In this document: positions 35,731-48,680 of the stretch, piece after piece
How positions within the stretch are numbered: the stretch's first letter is position 1
Layout: each line of letters starts with the position of its first letter
Assembly: GCA_030265395.1 (NCBI GenBank)
Contig: JARFYF010000094.1
Location: 63,512,842 to 63,576,841 of the forward strand
Direction: 5' to 3'
DNA from: Rhina ancylostomus
Lineage: Eukaryota
Length of the DNA: 64,000 nt
Program-made: the position numbers and the translations under genes
The notes under the pieces: generated by a model
The model's input: only the letters and a program-made list of their open reading frames with translations
The model's database searches: none
Told to the model about the DNA's origin: nothing

Positions 35731-38409
35731 CACTGCTGATTAGATTTTGCTTGATATCTGCATTTCCTGTTATGTGGTCATAATGATACATGAAATAAGA
35801 CAGCGACAACAAAAAAAAAACTGCTCTTAATTCAGCACTAGTTACGTCGTAACCTGGTAAATTTAATGCGAGGAGCCAGAGAATGGCTGACGTGGGAAAC
35901 TGAAAATATCACACTGATGCATAAGGGGTTTCTAGTCTGAGGTTTGGCTGAGGCTCATTATTGAGCAGATTCAAGAAGGGGTGGTAACTGGATATACTCT
36001 TTCTGACCTCGGAATGCTCATTGCTGGCATTCAGCATTCAAAATAAGGAAACATTCCATTCCTCAATTCTAACCCTGCCAGCCTTGACAAGCTCAAAGAA
36101 AAAGATTTCTTGGAGGTGAATTGCGCACAGAAAAATGGATAGTTTGAAGAAACTGTTCTGTTTTTAACAAACCAGCAAACGTGGTCAAGCCTCAAGTACT
36201 AGACTCTGTAGACCAGCAGCCCTCTATCGACAATCTATTTATCATTCCCTACAGCAGTGGATCAGAAATCCCCATAACACTTGAATATTATGTGGCAATT
36301 GTTCAAATCATAGGTAGTCCAATCCAGATCTTTCACACTGATTTGGAAAATGCACCTTCTGCACAGCTGGTTGTATATTCTGCTTATTTGTGACCTTTAG
36401 ATGCTCTTCCTGAATTTCAGATGCTTGTATTCTTTTTGTTGTGGGTGCTGATTGAATTGAAAATAGGTATTTGAGGAGAGTTATTTATCTCAAAAACTGG
36501 TTGAAATTTGTCATACTTAATAAAGGGTGTGTGAGAATGCAGCACTCTGCAAGTGACTTGGGAAGGACATAGTTACATCACTGTTTGATGGAGTCCTCAG
36601 AATAACCTTTCGTGACATGGTGAACTCTTTTAACAAATGTCAAAATCTCTAATGTAGTATTGGATGTGATACATAGGTTTTGTTTTGAAAGAAAAATAAT
36701 CTTTCTTCAGGGTCCAAAGTAATGATGGAAATTCACTTGGAAAGCTGTAATGGGATTCCTACTGGCACTTTAATTAAAGGTGTTCACAGGCTCCTGCTAG
36801 TGTGTTCAAGTCAACTGTCTCCTCAGGAAACTGTTCCAAAAATAACATTGGCTTTCCACACTAAACCGAGCCGTGAAGAGTAAAGGAAGCCGGATCACTG
36901 ACTGTGGTTATGGATGTGCTCTGTGTTTCATTCCTTTCCTTATTTCTTAGCCAGTTCCTCTGAAACCAAGCAAGGATTTGTGCTGATGGATGGGCTGCAA
37001 ATGAAATCGTCATCTGCAGCAACATTGTTTTCCACAGTATACTCTCAAGCAAAATGTGACCTCCACTGTAGGAGAACTTAACAGATTCTGCATTACGGTT
37101 GAAAGAAGCGTCAGCCAGTTGAAACATTTGGAGCTTTTTATTACTTTTGTTCACTGATTCACACCACCACCAAATTATTGGACTTTGTGGTATGGTAACA
37201 GGGGAAAAATTGCTTCAGAATGTGTTTTTTTTAACAGGATCTGCATAGTGACTGCTTAGTATTTCAGCTTGAGGAGGGCACTAAAACATGCAAGAAAGTG
37301 AATGCAGTGGCCTTTTCTGAGTGTTTGGCGGCTGTCATTGGTGAACAATGTAAACATAAGCAGTCCATTATTACATCTTTCACTCATGAGAGCACAGTCA
37401 AAATATACCATCAATTCATGAAATTTATGCTGCATTTGGCAGTAAAATATAAACCTTTACCTTTAACAAAGCTGTCATAGTTCATACAAACATTTTGTGT
37501 GTGTTTGTGGGTGTATGCATTGTTCAGTCAAGGTCATTTTAAAGGCTGTTGAAAAATCTAAACGCTGTTTCAGGTCATTGTGCAGGCTGTAGCATTGCTC
37601 GGGAAATGGGTACAAATAGGCGTCAACATAAGGACATGCAAAATAATCAGACTGATGTTACAACTGACTGACTTGCCTTCCACTGGTGTTAGTTCAAGAA
37701 CCACTGTGCTAATTAGGAAGAAAACTTTGCTTTATTATTTTTTATTTCCCGAAAGCCCTCTGCAAAACAAGATAGTAAAGTCCCTTTTTGAATAAAACTA
37801 GAACACTGTTTTATTGTGACCCAGCTTTCTTCACAAAGCACACATCTCTTCCCTCCACTGACCACAGCTGGATTATTGATTGGTTCCTCCTCTGGGTGAT
37901 TCCACTCGTATCTGTTGAAGTGAGTAATAGTGACAAAGGGGAATACAGGTCTGTGTGGAATCAGTGGTTTGCAGCATAGAAGGAGACCATTTGATTCTTT
38001 TGTCCATTCTGCCTAAATTGGAGTTAGAGGGTAATCCTGTTTCTGGCTCTCAGGTTATCCATCTTAAATGCTTTTCCTGGGATATATTTAAAAGTGAGGA
38101 AGGCCTCTGCCTTCACCACCCTTTCAGATGCATGCAACTCTTTGCAGTTTCTGAGGTAACGGCCAGTACAATCTAATTACCACAGGCAAACTGGGCAGGA
38201 GAAAATCAAGCAAACCGCGCTTCTGCCCCCTTGTCAGTGACATGTGGCAGGCGGGAATGTCTGGTGAGCCGCCACATTGGCTGTGGTGCCCGCAACAAAT
38301 GGAACAGTCTGATGATGTTTGCTGACTTGAGACTTGATTAAGAGCTACCTGACTGAGGTACCAAGAGGCCACAAGTGAAAGAACCTCACTGGCGACCTGG
38401 GAGTGAAAT

Positions 38410-38748
38410 AGGCGTGGGGACAATCGAGCTGTGTCCCAGCTCCAGGGATCTGGGTTCAGTTCAGATCTCTGGTGCTGTTTGTGTGGAGTTTGCATGTTCT
38501 CTCTCTGACTGTGTGGATTTCCCTCTCGCTGCTCCAGCTTCCTGCTGCATCGCCAAAGACGTGTGGGTTAGTAGGGTAATTGGCCACTGTAAATTGTTGC
38601 CAATGTGCAGGTGAGGGTAGTGGTAGAATCTGGGGGATATTGATGGGAATGTGGGAAGAAAAGGAAGAGATTAGTGTTTATGCATGCTTGATGGTTGGCA
38701 TGGTCTTGGTGGCCAAAGGGCCTATTTCCATGCTGTATGAATCTATCA
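38410..38748 (+). mobile_element. V-SINE
   Basis: B-box-like ctgggttcagttc, gtgtggagtttgcatgttctc, ccaaagacgtg, and CR1-like tail ggccaaagggcctatttccatgctgtatga. Confidence 0.8.
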
Positions 38749-38774
38749 CTAAAGTCATATCGTCAAGGTTATAC

Positions 38775-39016
38775 ATCAGGCTCTTTGGCCCAACTCGTCC
38801 ATGTCAATCAAGATGAATATCTGAACTAGTCCCATTTGCCAGCATTTGGCCCTAGTTTTCTACATGTTTTCTGTCCATGTACCTGTTTAAATGTATTTTG
38901 AACATTATAATTGCACCATTCCCTCTGGCAGCTCAATCCATATAGCCACCAGCCTCTGCGTCAAAAAGTTTCCCCTCGGGTCCCTTTTAAATCTTTCCCC
39001 TCTCACCTTAAATCTT
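38775..39016 (-). mobile_element. CR1 LINE 3' end
   Basis: FKVRGERFKRDPRGNFLTQRLVAIWIELPEG plus 3' UTR. Confidence 0.85.
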
Positions 39017-39439
39017 TGTGAAGTAGGATAACATAACAAAGAACTATACCTTACTGAGCATGGGAAGCAGTTGAGAGAGTGTGTTGGGGAGAAAGGAATA
39101 ATGATAAAACTGTTGGGTGGGAGGGGCAAAGCCAGTGAATCAGTTGTGCTGAATGGCCTGGTTCAGTGTGATATGTTCTATCTGATGTCACATAATATTT
39201 TATTTCACTTCAGTGAAAGGTCTCCGAGTGGAGATCACAGAGCATCAATTTTGCTCATTGATTATCTTTTGGATGGAATTTTATCTCCCATCTCCAAAGT
39301 CTATTCATTTTGCTAATTGCATTGTAATCTGGTGATTTTCAGGGTGAGCCCATCAGACTTCTAGNNNNNNNNNNNNNNNNNNNNNNNNNNNNNNNNATAA
39401 AATAGTTTAACTGTATCTCCATAACAGGCTTAGGATTTT

Positions 39440-39716
39440 AGAATCAGAATTATGTTTATTATCACTGACTTATATGACGAGAAATTTGTTGTTCTGCGGC
39501 AGCAGTAGGCTGCAAAGACATGAAAATTATTATAAATTACAAAATAAATAAGTAGTGCAAAACAAAGAATAACGAGGTAGTGTTCTTAGGTTCATAGGCC
39601 GTTCAAAATTCTGATGGCAGAGGGGAAGAAGCTGTTCCTGAAACATTGAGTGTGGGTCTTCAGGCTCCTGCAGCTCCTCCCCAATCGTAGTAATGTGAAG
39701 AGGGCATGTCCTGGAT
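39440..39716 (-). mobile_element. Rex/Babar LINE 3' end
   Basis: Homologous to 12362-12600 and to the reverse complement of 25760-26045. Confidence 0.85.
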
Positions 39717-40309
39717 GTTTTTTCAGCATGAAGGAATACAAAAAGATCAACATTTTTTCCCTCCATCATTGGAATTATTACATGGGAAATCTTCCATGGA
39801 AATTAAGCATGAGCTAGTTTGGGCCAGTTGGCTGGTGGTCCTGTGTAACACAATTTAGGACAAAGGCCTGGAGCACCTCCCTCCAATTGGGCAGAGCTTC
39901 AAACCAATGGAACCTGAATTGAGAATGTTGCAGAAGTTGACCCAGAATTTCCATTTGAGACAATATTGAGCCTGCATTTTGAAAAGGTGATGAAAAGTCT
40001 CCACCCTAAAACTTTCACCCTGTTTCTCTCTTCACAAATGCTGCTGATACATTTGAGTGTTTCCAGCTTTCCCTTTTTTGGTGTTGATATTGTCAATTTT
40101 TTCTTCCAAGTTTCACTAACCAGTGTCTCTCCATGGCCTCTAGTAAGTGAATGTTCTCTTTTAGCTGTTAAATTTGGCAGGCTGTTGTTCTCCACTGCAG
40201 AAGGTGCTGAGAAGATTGCAAACCATTGGCACCTAATACCATTCAATATCTCAGTCCATTGTGTATGCTCACACAGGACGTTCTAAAATAACGCAGAGAA
40301 TGTTGTAAG

Positions 40310-40420
40310 CTCATAAATTCTAATGTATTTCTTTTTCTCTTTTTCTTCTCGGTCCCTCTTGATGGTTGCTGATCTTCCTCAATGTTATATGCTGTTTTCA
40401 TCTTCATCTTTCAGGTAAGC
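40310..40420 (+). promoter_or_regulatory. Candidate recursive splice site (3' splice site abutting a 5' splice site), AG 40413-40414 / GT 40415-40416
   Basis: ttttcatcttcatctttcAG|GTAAGC. No AG between 40310 and 40412. Branch-like TTCTAAT at 40318-40324 and GCTGAT at 40368-40373. Long pyrimidine tract at 40328-40360. Confidence 0.6.
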
Positions 40421-43400
40421 TTGACTCAAGTCTGATGCAGAAAAAGTCACACTATATATGAACAAAATATCATTATTTTAAAGCCTCAGATGGCATCTTA
40501 ACATAATTGTGCTTAAATGGCACAAGATATCCTTGCACGAAGACCCAAATATCTGTCTACCCTCCACTCCCAAGCTCCTAAATGCTTCCACATGAGACAT
40601 AGTTCTTCAGTGGTGGTTTTCTTCCAGTATCTCATTCATCTGGCTTTTACCCTGGCTCAGATGGCGAGAGCAGGCCAACTATCTAAAAATATGGATAGTC
40701 ATTGGCACAACAGAGCAGTTCACTCACTTTCACACAAGCATGTTCCAGTAAGGGACCCTCGTTGATTTGTCCCTCCCTGACATATAAGCACTGTGACATG
40801 CTACTGCTGCCAATTAACTCTACAATGATTGAACATGACATTGATCTTACGTGTGTTGTCCAGAAATGATAACTACATTCTATGTCAATGGCTTCAGTTT
40901 TTAACATGGTCAATTTTAGCTCAAAAATATATTTGAACTTGTATGGGGAAAGCTACCTTAACAAAAACATTTACGTGGTTATTTTGGGTATGTGTTGTCT
41001 GCATCTCATGTTTAATGTATTTTTAATGTGTTTTCAAGAATTTACATTCACACTTAAAGCTTTTGTGTATTTTCATTGCATGCCGTAGGAGGAACATATT
41101 AAAATATATTTTGTGATTTTCCTAAATGCATTGCAAGCTTAAAGGTTGAAACAATCTGGTTCTGGTTGCAATGGCTGATTTTATTTTAGGAAATCAGAAT
41201 TTACCATTTTAATGAAGAGCGGGAGAGAAAGGGATATCAATTGTGTTGAGAAACCTATCTATGGTGTCACGTCTGTGTCTTTAACGAGATGATATCCTTG
41301 ATCATTTTTCATTATTATGCATTCAATCTTGTGTGCTAAAACCGTAAGGGAAGAAACTTGCCTTTGGATGCAGTTGGCAGTCTCGTCTTTTTTACCTGGA
41401 GTTCTCTTTTCTGTCCAAACTCATTTGTATATTGTTTATCATAGAATCTGTCTGCAAATATTACAAGGGTGTTGTGTTTTAAAATGTAATGCTTTCTAAA
41501 AAAAACAAAATAGTTGTAGAAATTCTTTGATTATACAGTATTTAAGAATGATAATTTTGGAAGTTTGGCTAATACACTGGAAATAGATTTTATCACCAAA
41601 AAAGATAATTTTATTATCTGTGCATCAATCCACCATCTTTGAGTAACCAAGTGTTAAGCGTTTGAAAATTACACAAATGCAGAATTATTTGCTACCTACA
41701 TTTGTGTACAATTGTCAGTTTCTGAATTAAGACAAAATAGTCCTCAGAAGCTTTGAGAAAGAGTCTCTTGCTTTTTTTCAATTTGGAAAGGCCTGTGAAC
41801 AAGTGCAATCAGTGATAATTCCACTTGAGCTTGGAGTGAGGCCAGTTGTGTGGGCAGTGCCACCTTTCGTTCATTTTATTTTGGACAAGTTCTTACAATT
41901 GTAGGAGCTTAATTTCAAATTCCCTAATTGAAATCATTAAATTTTCATGTTCAAAATTCTGCAAACTTTGGGCAAATTTCAGATGAACTGTGAGGAAAAT
42001 TTCAGGGTAAGCTCTCCTTCTTTCTATAAAAATCTCTTTTCACAACATATTGGTACTCCAGCACTTCATTGTTCACCGGTATCAATCATGCCATCCAAAG
42101 GGTCATCTACACAGTCAGGAGTTAAGATGTTCTCGGCTGGTAATGCTAAACATGCACTTGGCATCCAAAATTCAGTTTCACTGACTACAATGCCTGATCA
42201 CTATTATTATTGACTTTATTGCTACTAACTGAGGGCATATTTCATAGCAATGATTTCTTTCAGAAGCTGGAGATCCTCTTTACAGAGAACAAACTAACCA
42301 GCAAATACAAAAAGAATCTAGAAAGAGTTCTTCATCTCCTTTGTCGAAACAACTAAACCGTAATTATATAATGTTTTGACAGCAGCCTACTGTTTCATCC
42401 ACTGCTGCATCTCATCCAGGAATGCCAGCATTAGACGTCTGCTGCTTTATTGCCATTTCCACTTATCCTTTCCACCCTGATGGCTGTCATTCTTGTCTCT
42501 TATCTATCCTGTTGGTGATTGCAGCTCCCTCTGGCTCTGTATTCATTTCGGATAAACTTTCACCTTTCCACCTTTGGATCTATTTGCGTTCTGAAAAGGT
42601 CTGCATTTTAAATGTCTTACCTGTCTTTTCAAATTTGCTTAAACCTGCGATGCATTTCCACCACTTCCTGTGTTTCCTTTAGATTTGCTGCAGTTACATT
42701 TTTTTTCTCTTAATTTCTGAAGAAGTAGTTGTTACCCAAGAGATTGTAGATTTTTCTCATCACTTTTGTTTTATGCGATGGAAGGACTTTCTGAGGACAA
42801 TATGGCAACTTCAATGCCTGAGTGAAGGGGAGGACAGAAAGGAAACCAGAAATTGGCTTTCATTGTAGATATAATTGCATGTTAAAAAGAAAATAATTAT
42901 ATACATGAAATTGTCAAGAAAGCAAGTGTCACAATGATGAAAACATATTGCCACTTGTGCTCTGAAGCAAACAATAAATTCACATTCCATTTCTACCCAA
43001 GGAGTGCATGCAGAACAGTGTTTGGCTTCATAGATATACCTGTGTTGTAGTAGTTACAGCTTTTGCGGCTGCATGTAGAGGTCATTCAGGATGCCCTGTA
43101 TTGCCTTAACTTCAGGTTGTGATGTTAAGTAGTAATCAAGTTAACAAGTAGTAATCTCTCTGTATGATCAGTGTGGCCTCACTTTGAGTGTGAAGTGGCA
43201 TTCTAGCCAGGCAGTGGGAAGTCACTTCTGAGAAAGGTGTAGAGTCAGGGGATGGGACTGATCAGAATGCTATGAGAGCCAGCATAAACTCAATGGGCTG
43301 AATGGCATTCCAAGTCAAAAAGNNNNNNNNNNNNNNNNNNNNNNNNNNNNNNNNNNNNNNNNNNNNNNNNNNNNNNNNNNNNNNNNNNNNNNNNNNNNNN

Positions 43401-43439
43401 NNNNNNNNNNNNNNNNNNNNNNGGAATATGAAACATATA

Positions 43440-44085
43440 CAGATGGTGGTGAGCTCTTCCTTGAACTGTTGCAACCTATCTGGTGAAGGTACTCCCACAG
43501 TGCTGCTGCTTGGCAGTGCCATGTTTTGGACCCATTGATGATGATGAACTGGTGAGATATTTCCAAGATGGGATTGTATATGACTAAGAAGGGAAACAGC
43601 TGTTGGTGGTGTTGCCACGTCCCCGAAAGCCTGAAAACCTCAGTGGTAGAGATTATGGATTTGAGAGGTGCTGTCAGAGTGGCTGGGGTGAGTAACTACG
43701 GTGCATTTTTGTAGATGGTACACTCCATAGCCTTGGTGTCTGGGCTGAAGATGGTGAATGTTCAGTGCGATGTATGTGGTACCAGTGAAGCGGACTGCTT
43801 TGTCCTGGATGGTGTCACGCTTCCTGAGTGTTGCTGGAGTTGCTCACCAATTTTGTGGCCTGTAGATGCTAGAGAATCTTTGTTGTTGTTAGAGTAAGCC
43901 ACTCTCCAAAGAATGCCCAGCCTTTGATCTGCATTTGTATCCATGGTATTTATTAGGATGGTCCACTTACGTTTCCTGTCAGGGTTTGCCCCCATTAGTT
44001 GATGGTTGCAGTTCTGGTAATGATAATGTTGAGGATGGTTTGTTGAAGGCGCTTTTGTTGGAGATAATTGGTGGCTGGCATTTGT
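43440..44085 (-). mobile_element. CR1-type LINE 3' region
   Basis: Minus-strand ADQRLGILWRV...QLQQHS motifs and tail ggtggtgagctcttccttgaactg. Confidence 0.7.
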
Positions 44086-44114
44086 GAACATAAGAGCATA
44101 AGTAGACACCCAGC

Positions 44115-44538
44115 TCCTCTTTCCCAGGGCACCAATGCTCAAGACAAGAGGGCATGGGTTTAAGGTTACGGGTGGGAAGTTCAGGGGAGATGTCAGAGGG
44201 AGGTGTTTCACCCAGAGAGTGGTTAGTGCATGGAATGTGCTGCCTGGGGTGGTGGTGGAGGCAGATACATTGGGCAGGTTCAAGAGATTGTTGGATAGNN
44301 NNNNNNNNNNNNNNNNNNNNNNNNNNNNNNNNNNNNNNNNNNNNNNNNNNNNNNNNNNNNNNNNNNNNNNNNNNNNNNNNNNNNNNNNNNNNNNNNNNGA
44401 TTGTTGGATAGGCATATGGAGGAATGTGGGATAGAGGGACATGTGGGAGGAAAGGGTTAGATAGTGTGAGGTGTGATTTGATGGACGGCACAACATGGTG
44501 GGCAGAGGGGCTTGTATTGTGCTGTATTGTTCTATGGT
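44115..44538 (+). mobile_element. Young CR1 LINE 3' end
   Basis: MLKTRGHGFKVTGGKFRGDVRGRCFTQRVVSAWNVLPGVVVEADTLGRFKRLLD plus 3' UTR. Confidence 0.92.
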
Positions 44539-45609
44539 ACTTATCAGTTGACTTGGTCTTGCTAAATACAAGTATGATATTAATTGTGTTGATACTGTGA
44601 TTACTCTCTGGCCTTTTCTTGGAGCTTAAAAATTGATGTCAGTGACCATGTTTCCACATTGAGGAAGACCAGCATGTGATTCAGCTCCTTAGTTACAATA
44701 CAGTGAGTACTGCAATGACATTTCTCTTGCTCTCCATTCTAAATCTGCCAGTTTTAATTTTCTGTGCACAATCCATTGTTCCTGTCTCCTCATCCAGTGT
44801 AAACCATCTGATTCTAGCTGTCCTTTCTCAATTTTAAATATTTCTTCTTATTGATTTGCAACCTGAATGTTATAATGAAAAAGTCCAATTTTTCTGTTAC
44901 TTGTACGTGTATTATTTTGTAGACTGAATCTATGTTGTTTTCTCTCTCTGAAGCCTCTTTTTCCTTTTTCTCAAAGTATCTAGAGACCTGCAAAGTCTAT
45001 CTAATGCTTTACGTGGGCTTGCCATTACCAGCTAGCTTTTGGATGCTGTATAGCTGTCTGTCTTTTTGATTGGCATTGGCTTAGCCAATCAGAAGGTGTC
45101 TGCCTCATACATTCTGAAACCCAATCCCATGTATCTTGTGTCAGTTGTATCCACACCTGCAGTAGAGTGGAGCAGGTAACAAGTTCATTCAGACCTTCAC
45201 TTCCAGGGGTTTTGCAAGTGAAAGCCTCACAAATTTATATGCAAGCTATATACATATGTCACTCAGACTGTGGTACAGTTTTAACCAGGAGCCTGAATGA
45301 TAGGCATTCCTGTCAGGAAGAATCAGATAGGGCCTGCACAACCCAAAGCAAAGAACCTCCAATCTCCAGCAATAAGATCAAAGCAATTAGAAGAATTTAC
45401 AATACCTGTTTAAAGAAAATAAAACTGACAACCTGCTCTGAACCACACAGGCATGCAGTGGCATTTCTCATGCATCTGTTCTAAATGTTTTGCACGGCCC
45501 CTTGATCATGGCCATTCAAAAATTACAAACTGTCTCCTGTCTTTTAATAATATTAAACATTTCTATCTTCTTGTCTGCAGTTTTAAAGTTCACAAGTTCA
45601 AAAGTAGTT

Positions 45610-45960
45610 TTCTTTTTCCTCTGGAGTGTCGGAGGCTGAGGTGAGAGATGATAGAAGTTTATAAAATTATGAGAGGCATAGAGTGGAGAGTCAGAATGTT
45701 TTTTCCAGGGTAGAAATGTCAAATACTAGTGGGCATAGCTTTAAAGTGAGAGGGCGAAAGTTTGTTTTTACACAGTGAGTAGTAGGTGCCTCATGCGGGC
45801 TGCCAGGGGTGTTAGTGGAAGCAGATACGATAGTGGGATTTGAGAGGCTATTAGAGGGAATGAAGGGATTTGAATCATGTGCATGCAGAATAGATTTAGT
45901 TTAATTTGGCATTGTGTTTGGCACTGATATCATGGGCCGAAGGGCCTGGACTGTGTTCTA
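45610..45960 (+). mobile_element. CR1 LINE 3' end
   Basis: LECRRLR...IEVYKIMRGI... and tail gggccgaagggcctg. Confidence 0.85.
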
Positions 45961-46649
45961 ACAACAGAAACATGTTGCTGACTACAGTCACTCCTGATGT
46001 ATGCTAAGTTCTCGTTTGGTTCTGAAGAAGGACCCTGTGGTATTCCTTACCAACAATTCTGTTGTAATTTAGTTTAATTTAATTCAATTTTGTGTAATTT
46101 AATCTGTGGACAGTGACTAATTGTTATAAACATTTGCTGTGTGATTGTGTTGATATAAGAAAAATGACCCAAGTAAACCCTTTCTTGTCCTTGTTGCAAC
46201 CATTTTACAATATGATAAATGGACAGTTCAGGGTACACCCAGCAGATGTCTGCCAGCTAGCCCAAATACTATTATTACATAGGGCTTGTCATACTTGAAG
46301 TCTGACTCTAGGTTTTCCCCAATTTATGGATGTTTGATTTATGAATTTTCATATAATGTGATTAATTTTTTGGGGCATTATGACAATTTTTCATCATAAC
46401 AAACATGACCATGGACTTCACCAAAATACCCATTATGCATTTTCTAGCTTTTTTGCTTTACAAAAGCTCACTTAATGAAACATTTTATAGGAAGGCACCT
46501 CTTTCGTTAACTGAAGAATGACTTTATACAGTTGAAGATTGGTGTTCTGTTATGATGATATTAATAGCTATGCAAAAGTAGGCTGCATTTATAATTACAG
46601 GCAAAGTGATGTTGAGAGTTTGCCTTCTGTGGCTAAGTTTTCACAGATG

Positions 46650-46980
46650 GGTTGGGTTTTCATTCTGTGTTCATTGGTCACTCCAGTAGCTGGGATACAA
46701 TCTTGACTGAAACCAGTGAGGGAGTATTATGTTATCAAACAGTGCTACTCTTTTGATGAAAGTCTGTCTTTCCTCTTGGATGAATTCATGGAATGAGTCA
46801 TAGAAGACGAGGGAAGCCTTCCCTGGTGCATGGCACTGTTTATCTCTCAACCAACATCATCACAGTGATTATTTATTTCATTGCTGTTTGTGGAATCTTG
46901 CTCAACACACATTTGGCTGTATTTTTCTTTTGTTATCCTATATTCCAATAGTGCCTGCATTTCAAATGTTCATTAGGGGA
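46650..46980 (+). mobile_element. Deu-domain SINE, degenerate
   Basis: tttatctctcaaccaacatcatc...attgctgtttgtggaatcttgct...tttggctg, similar to 47605-48046. Confidence 0.6.
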
Positions 46981-47604
46981 TAGAACCTAAGAAACAGGAG
47001 CAGGAATGCGCCCCACAACCCCTCGAGCTAGCTCTGTCATCCGGTAAGACCTTGGCCTCAGTTTCACTTTCTTGCCTGATCCTCTTAAAACCTGACTCCC
47101 CTTTTTTTCATTTACCATGTCCCAGGGAACGTGTAGGGACTATATAAATGTAAGCCTTTCTTTTATACTGGTAGAGCATTAATAGTGTGAACTCCAGCTA
47201 AGTGTGGAATCCAGGTCTCACCTTTGGAGACCAGGATGCCCCGAGGAAGAAAATATTAATCTGCCATTTTTGGAAGCAGAGACACTAAATGCCTTGCACA
47301 GATTTGGCTTTAGCCAATAGCTTAAACCACTTTGCACCAAGATAAAACCTTTAGTTGTAATTCTACTGATCTGATTGTCACAGAGATGGTGAACTTGAAC
47401 AACCCTCCAGCAAAAGTTCCAACCCAATTCTCCGGAAAGGCTAATGACACAAACCTTGTGACTTGTTAGAGAAGGTGGGTGCATTGTCATTTGGACTCAA
47501 TATCCCCAAAGACTTCAGTTACACTCTTAACTATTGTAAGCCTGAGGGGAAAACAGAAAGCAGGTAACACAAAAGAAATTGGAGTCTGCATTGTGTTCTT
47601 TACA

Positions 47605-48046
47605 TCTGGCTACGGTTCAACTGATAGTACTCTTGCCTCTGAGTCAAAAGCTTCTGAGTTCAAGTCTCACTCGAGTGTGCTTGGACTGACAGGAGTGCAG
47701 CACCGGGGGAATACTGCACTCTCAGAGGTGATGTTTCTTGGAAGAACCATTAAACTCTCGCTCCTTCAGCTCTCTCGGATGGATGTAAAAGACCTTGGGT
47801 CTCTCTCTGAAAGTGAGATGAACATTTGTCCCTGGTCTCCTGGCCAATACTTATCCCTCAACTGACATTTTAAAAAAAACAAATCATCTGGTCCCTAGCA
47901 AACTTCTATTTGTGGGAACTTGCGATGTGTAAATTGGCAGTTACTTATCCTATTTTACAACAGTGACTACACATCAGAGATAGTTATTAATTGTAAAGTG
48001 CAACTGAACATACAGAAAGGGACGTGAAAGGTTCAGTATAAATGCA
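47605..48046 (+). mobile_element. Deu-domain SINE (SacSINE1-like), near full length
   Basis: tRNA-like head (ggctacggttcaactgatagtactcttgcctctgagtcaaaag...gagttcaagtctcact), central block, L2-like tail gtgaaaggttcagtataaatgca. Confidence 0.75.
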
Positions 48047-48496
48047 TTATTCTTTTTTGCTTGATTGAATGGACTTGGGTATTTTGACCATTGACCTACA
48101 AATTCCTTCCTCTTTGGCCTTGTTTTCTGTAAATCTGTTTCTGAAGGTCAGTGGCATGATTTTCAGTTTCTTTGTGAAAAGACCATTGTTTATTTGTTGC
48201 ATCCCTACAAGTTCCCAGACAGCAAGTTCTCTTCCCACATACGGCTGCCTCATATTTCACTGGATTCAAACTGCAGCCTGGTCCTTTCGTATTGCCCTTC
48301 AGACCTCACCTCCCATTGTGTTGCTTTCGGCTGTGTGAGAACAATGTCCCAAATTTAGGGTGGTCCTGAATCAAGGATTGTACAGAGTCCACCCTGTTTG
48401 CTGCAAGCCTTTAAATCTCAGCGCGTCAACCATATTATTTTGACATGTTTTTCCTCTTTCCATTCGGATCAAGGGAGCATGACCCAGCCATTCCTG

Positions 48497-48680
48497 GGAA
48501 TCTGAAACAAGAACAGAAAATGCCACAATACTCAGCAGGTCAGGCAGCATCTGTGAAAGACAAACCCAGACACCTTTGATGTGAATCGTGTTCTCCACTT
48601 CCTCAGATTCTTTCTTCTCCCCCGCCCTGCTGAATATTTTTAGTGTTTTCTGTTCTCTATTCAGATTTGCAGCATTTCAA
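48497..48680. mobile_element. Old Penelope-like inverted pLTR pair
   Basis: aatctgaaacaagaacagaaaatgcc...ctcagcaggtcaggcagcatc is mirrored by ctgctgaatat...gttttctgttctctattcagatt. Confidence 0.7.

Noticed and set aside
35240-35812. 190-aa minus-strand ORF
   Set aside because: It arises from a stop-poor purine/pyrimidine-skewed tandem repeat, with no domain similarity I can recognise.
43762-44571. 269-aa minus-strand ORF
   Set aside because: It spans a gap and two unrelated CR1 fragments of opposite orientation, so it is not a gene.
46309-46528. Possible second Tigger-like MITE
   Set aside because: The termini are too degenerate to pair convincingly by eye.
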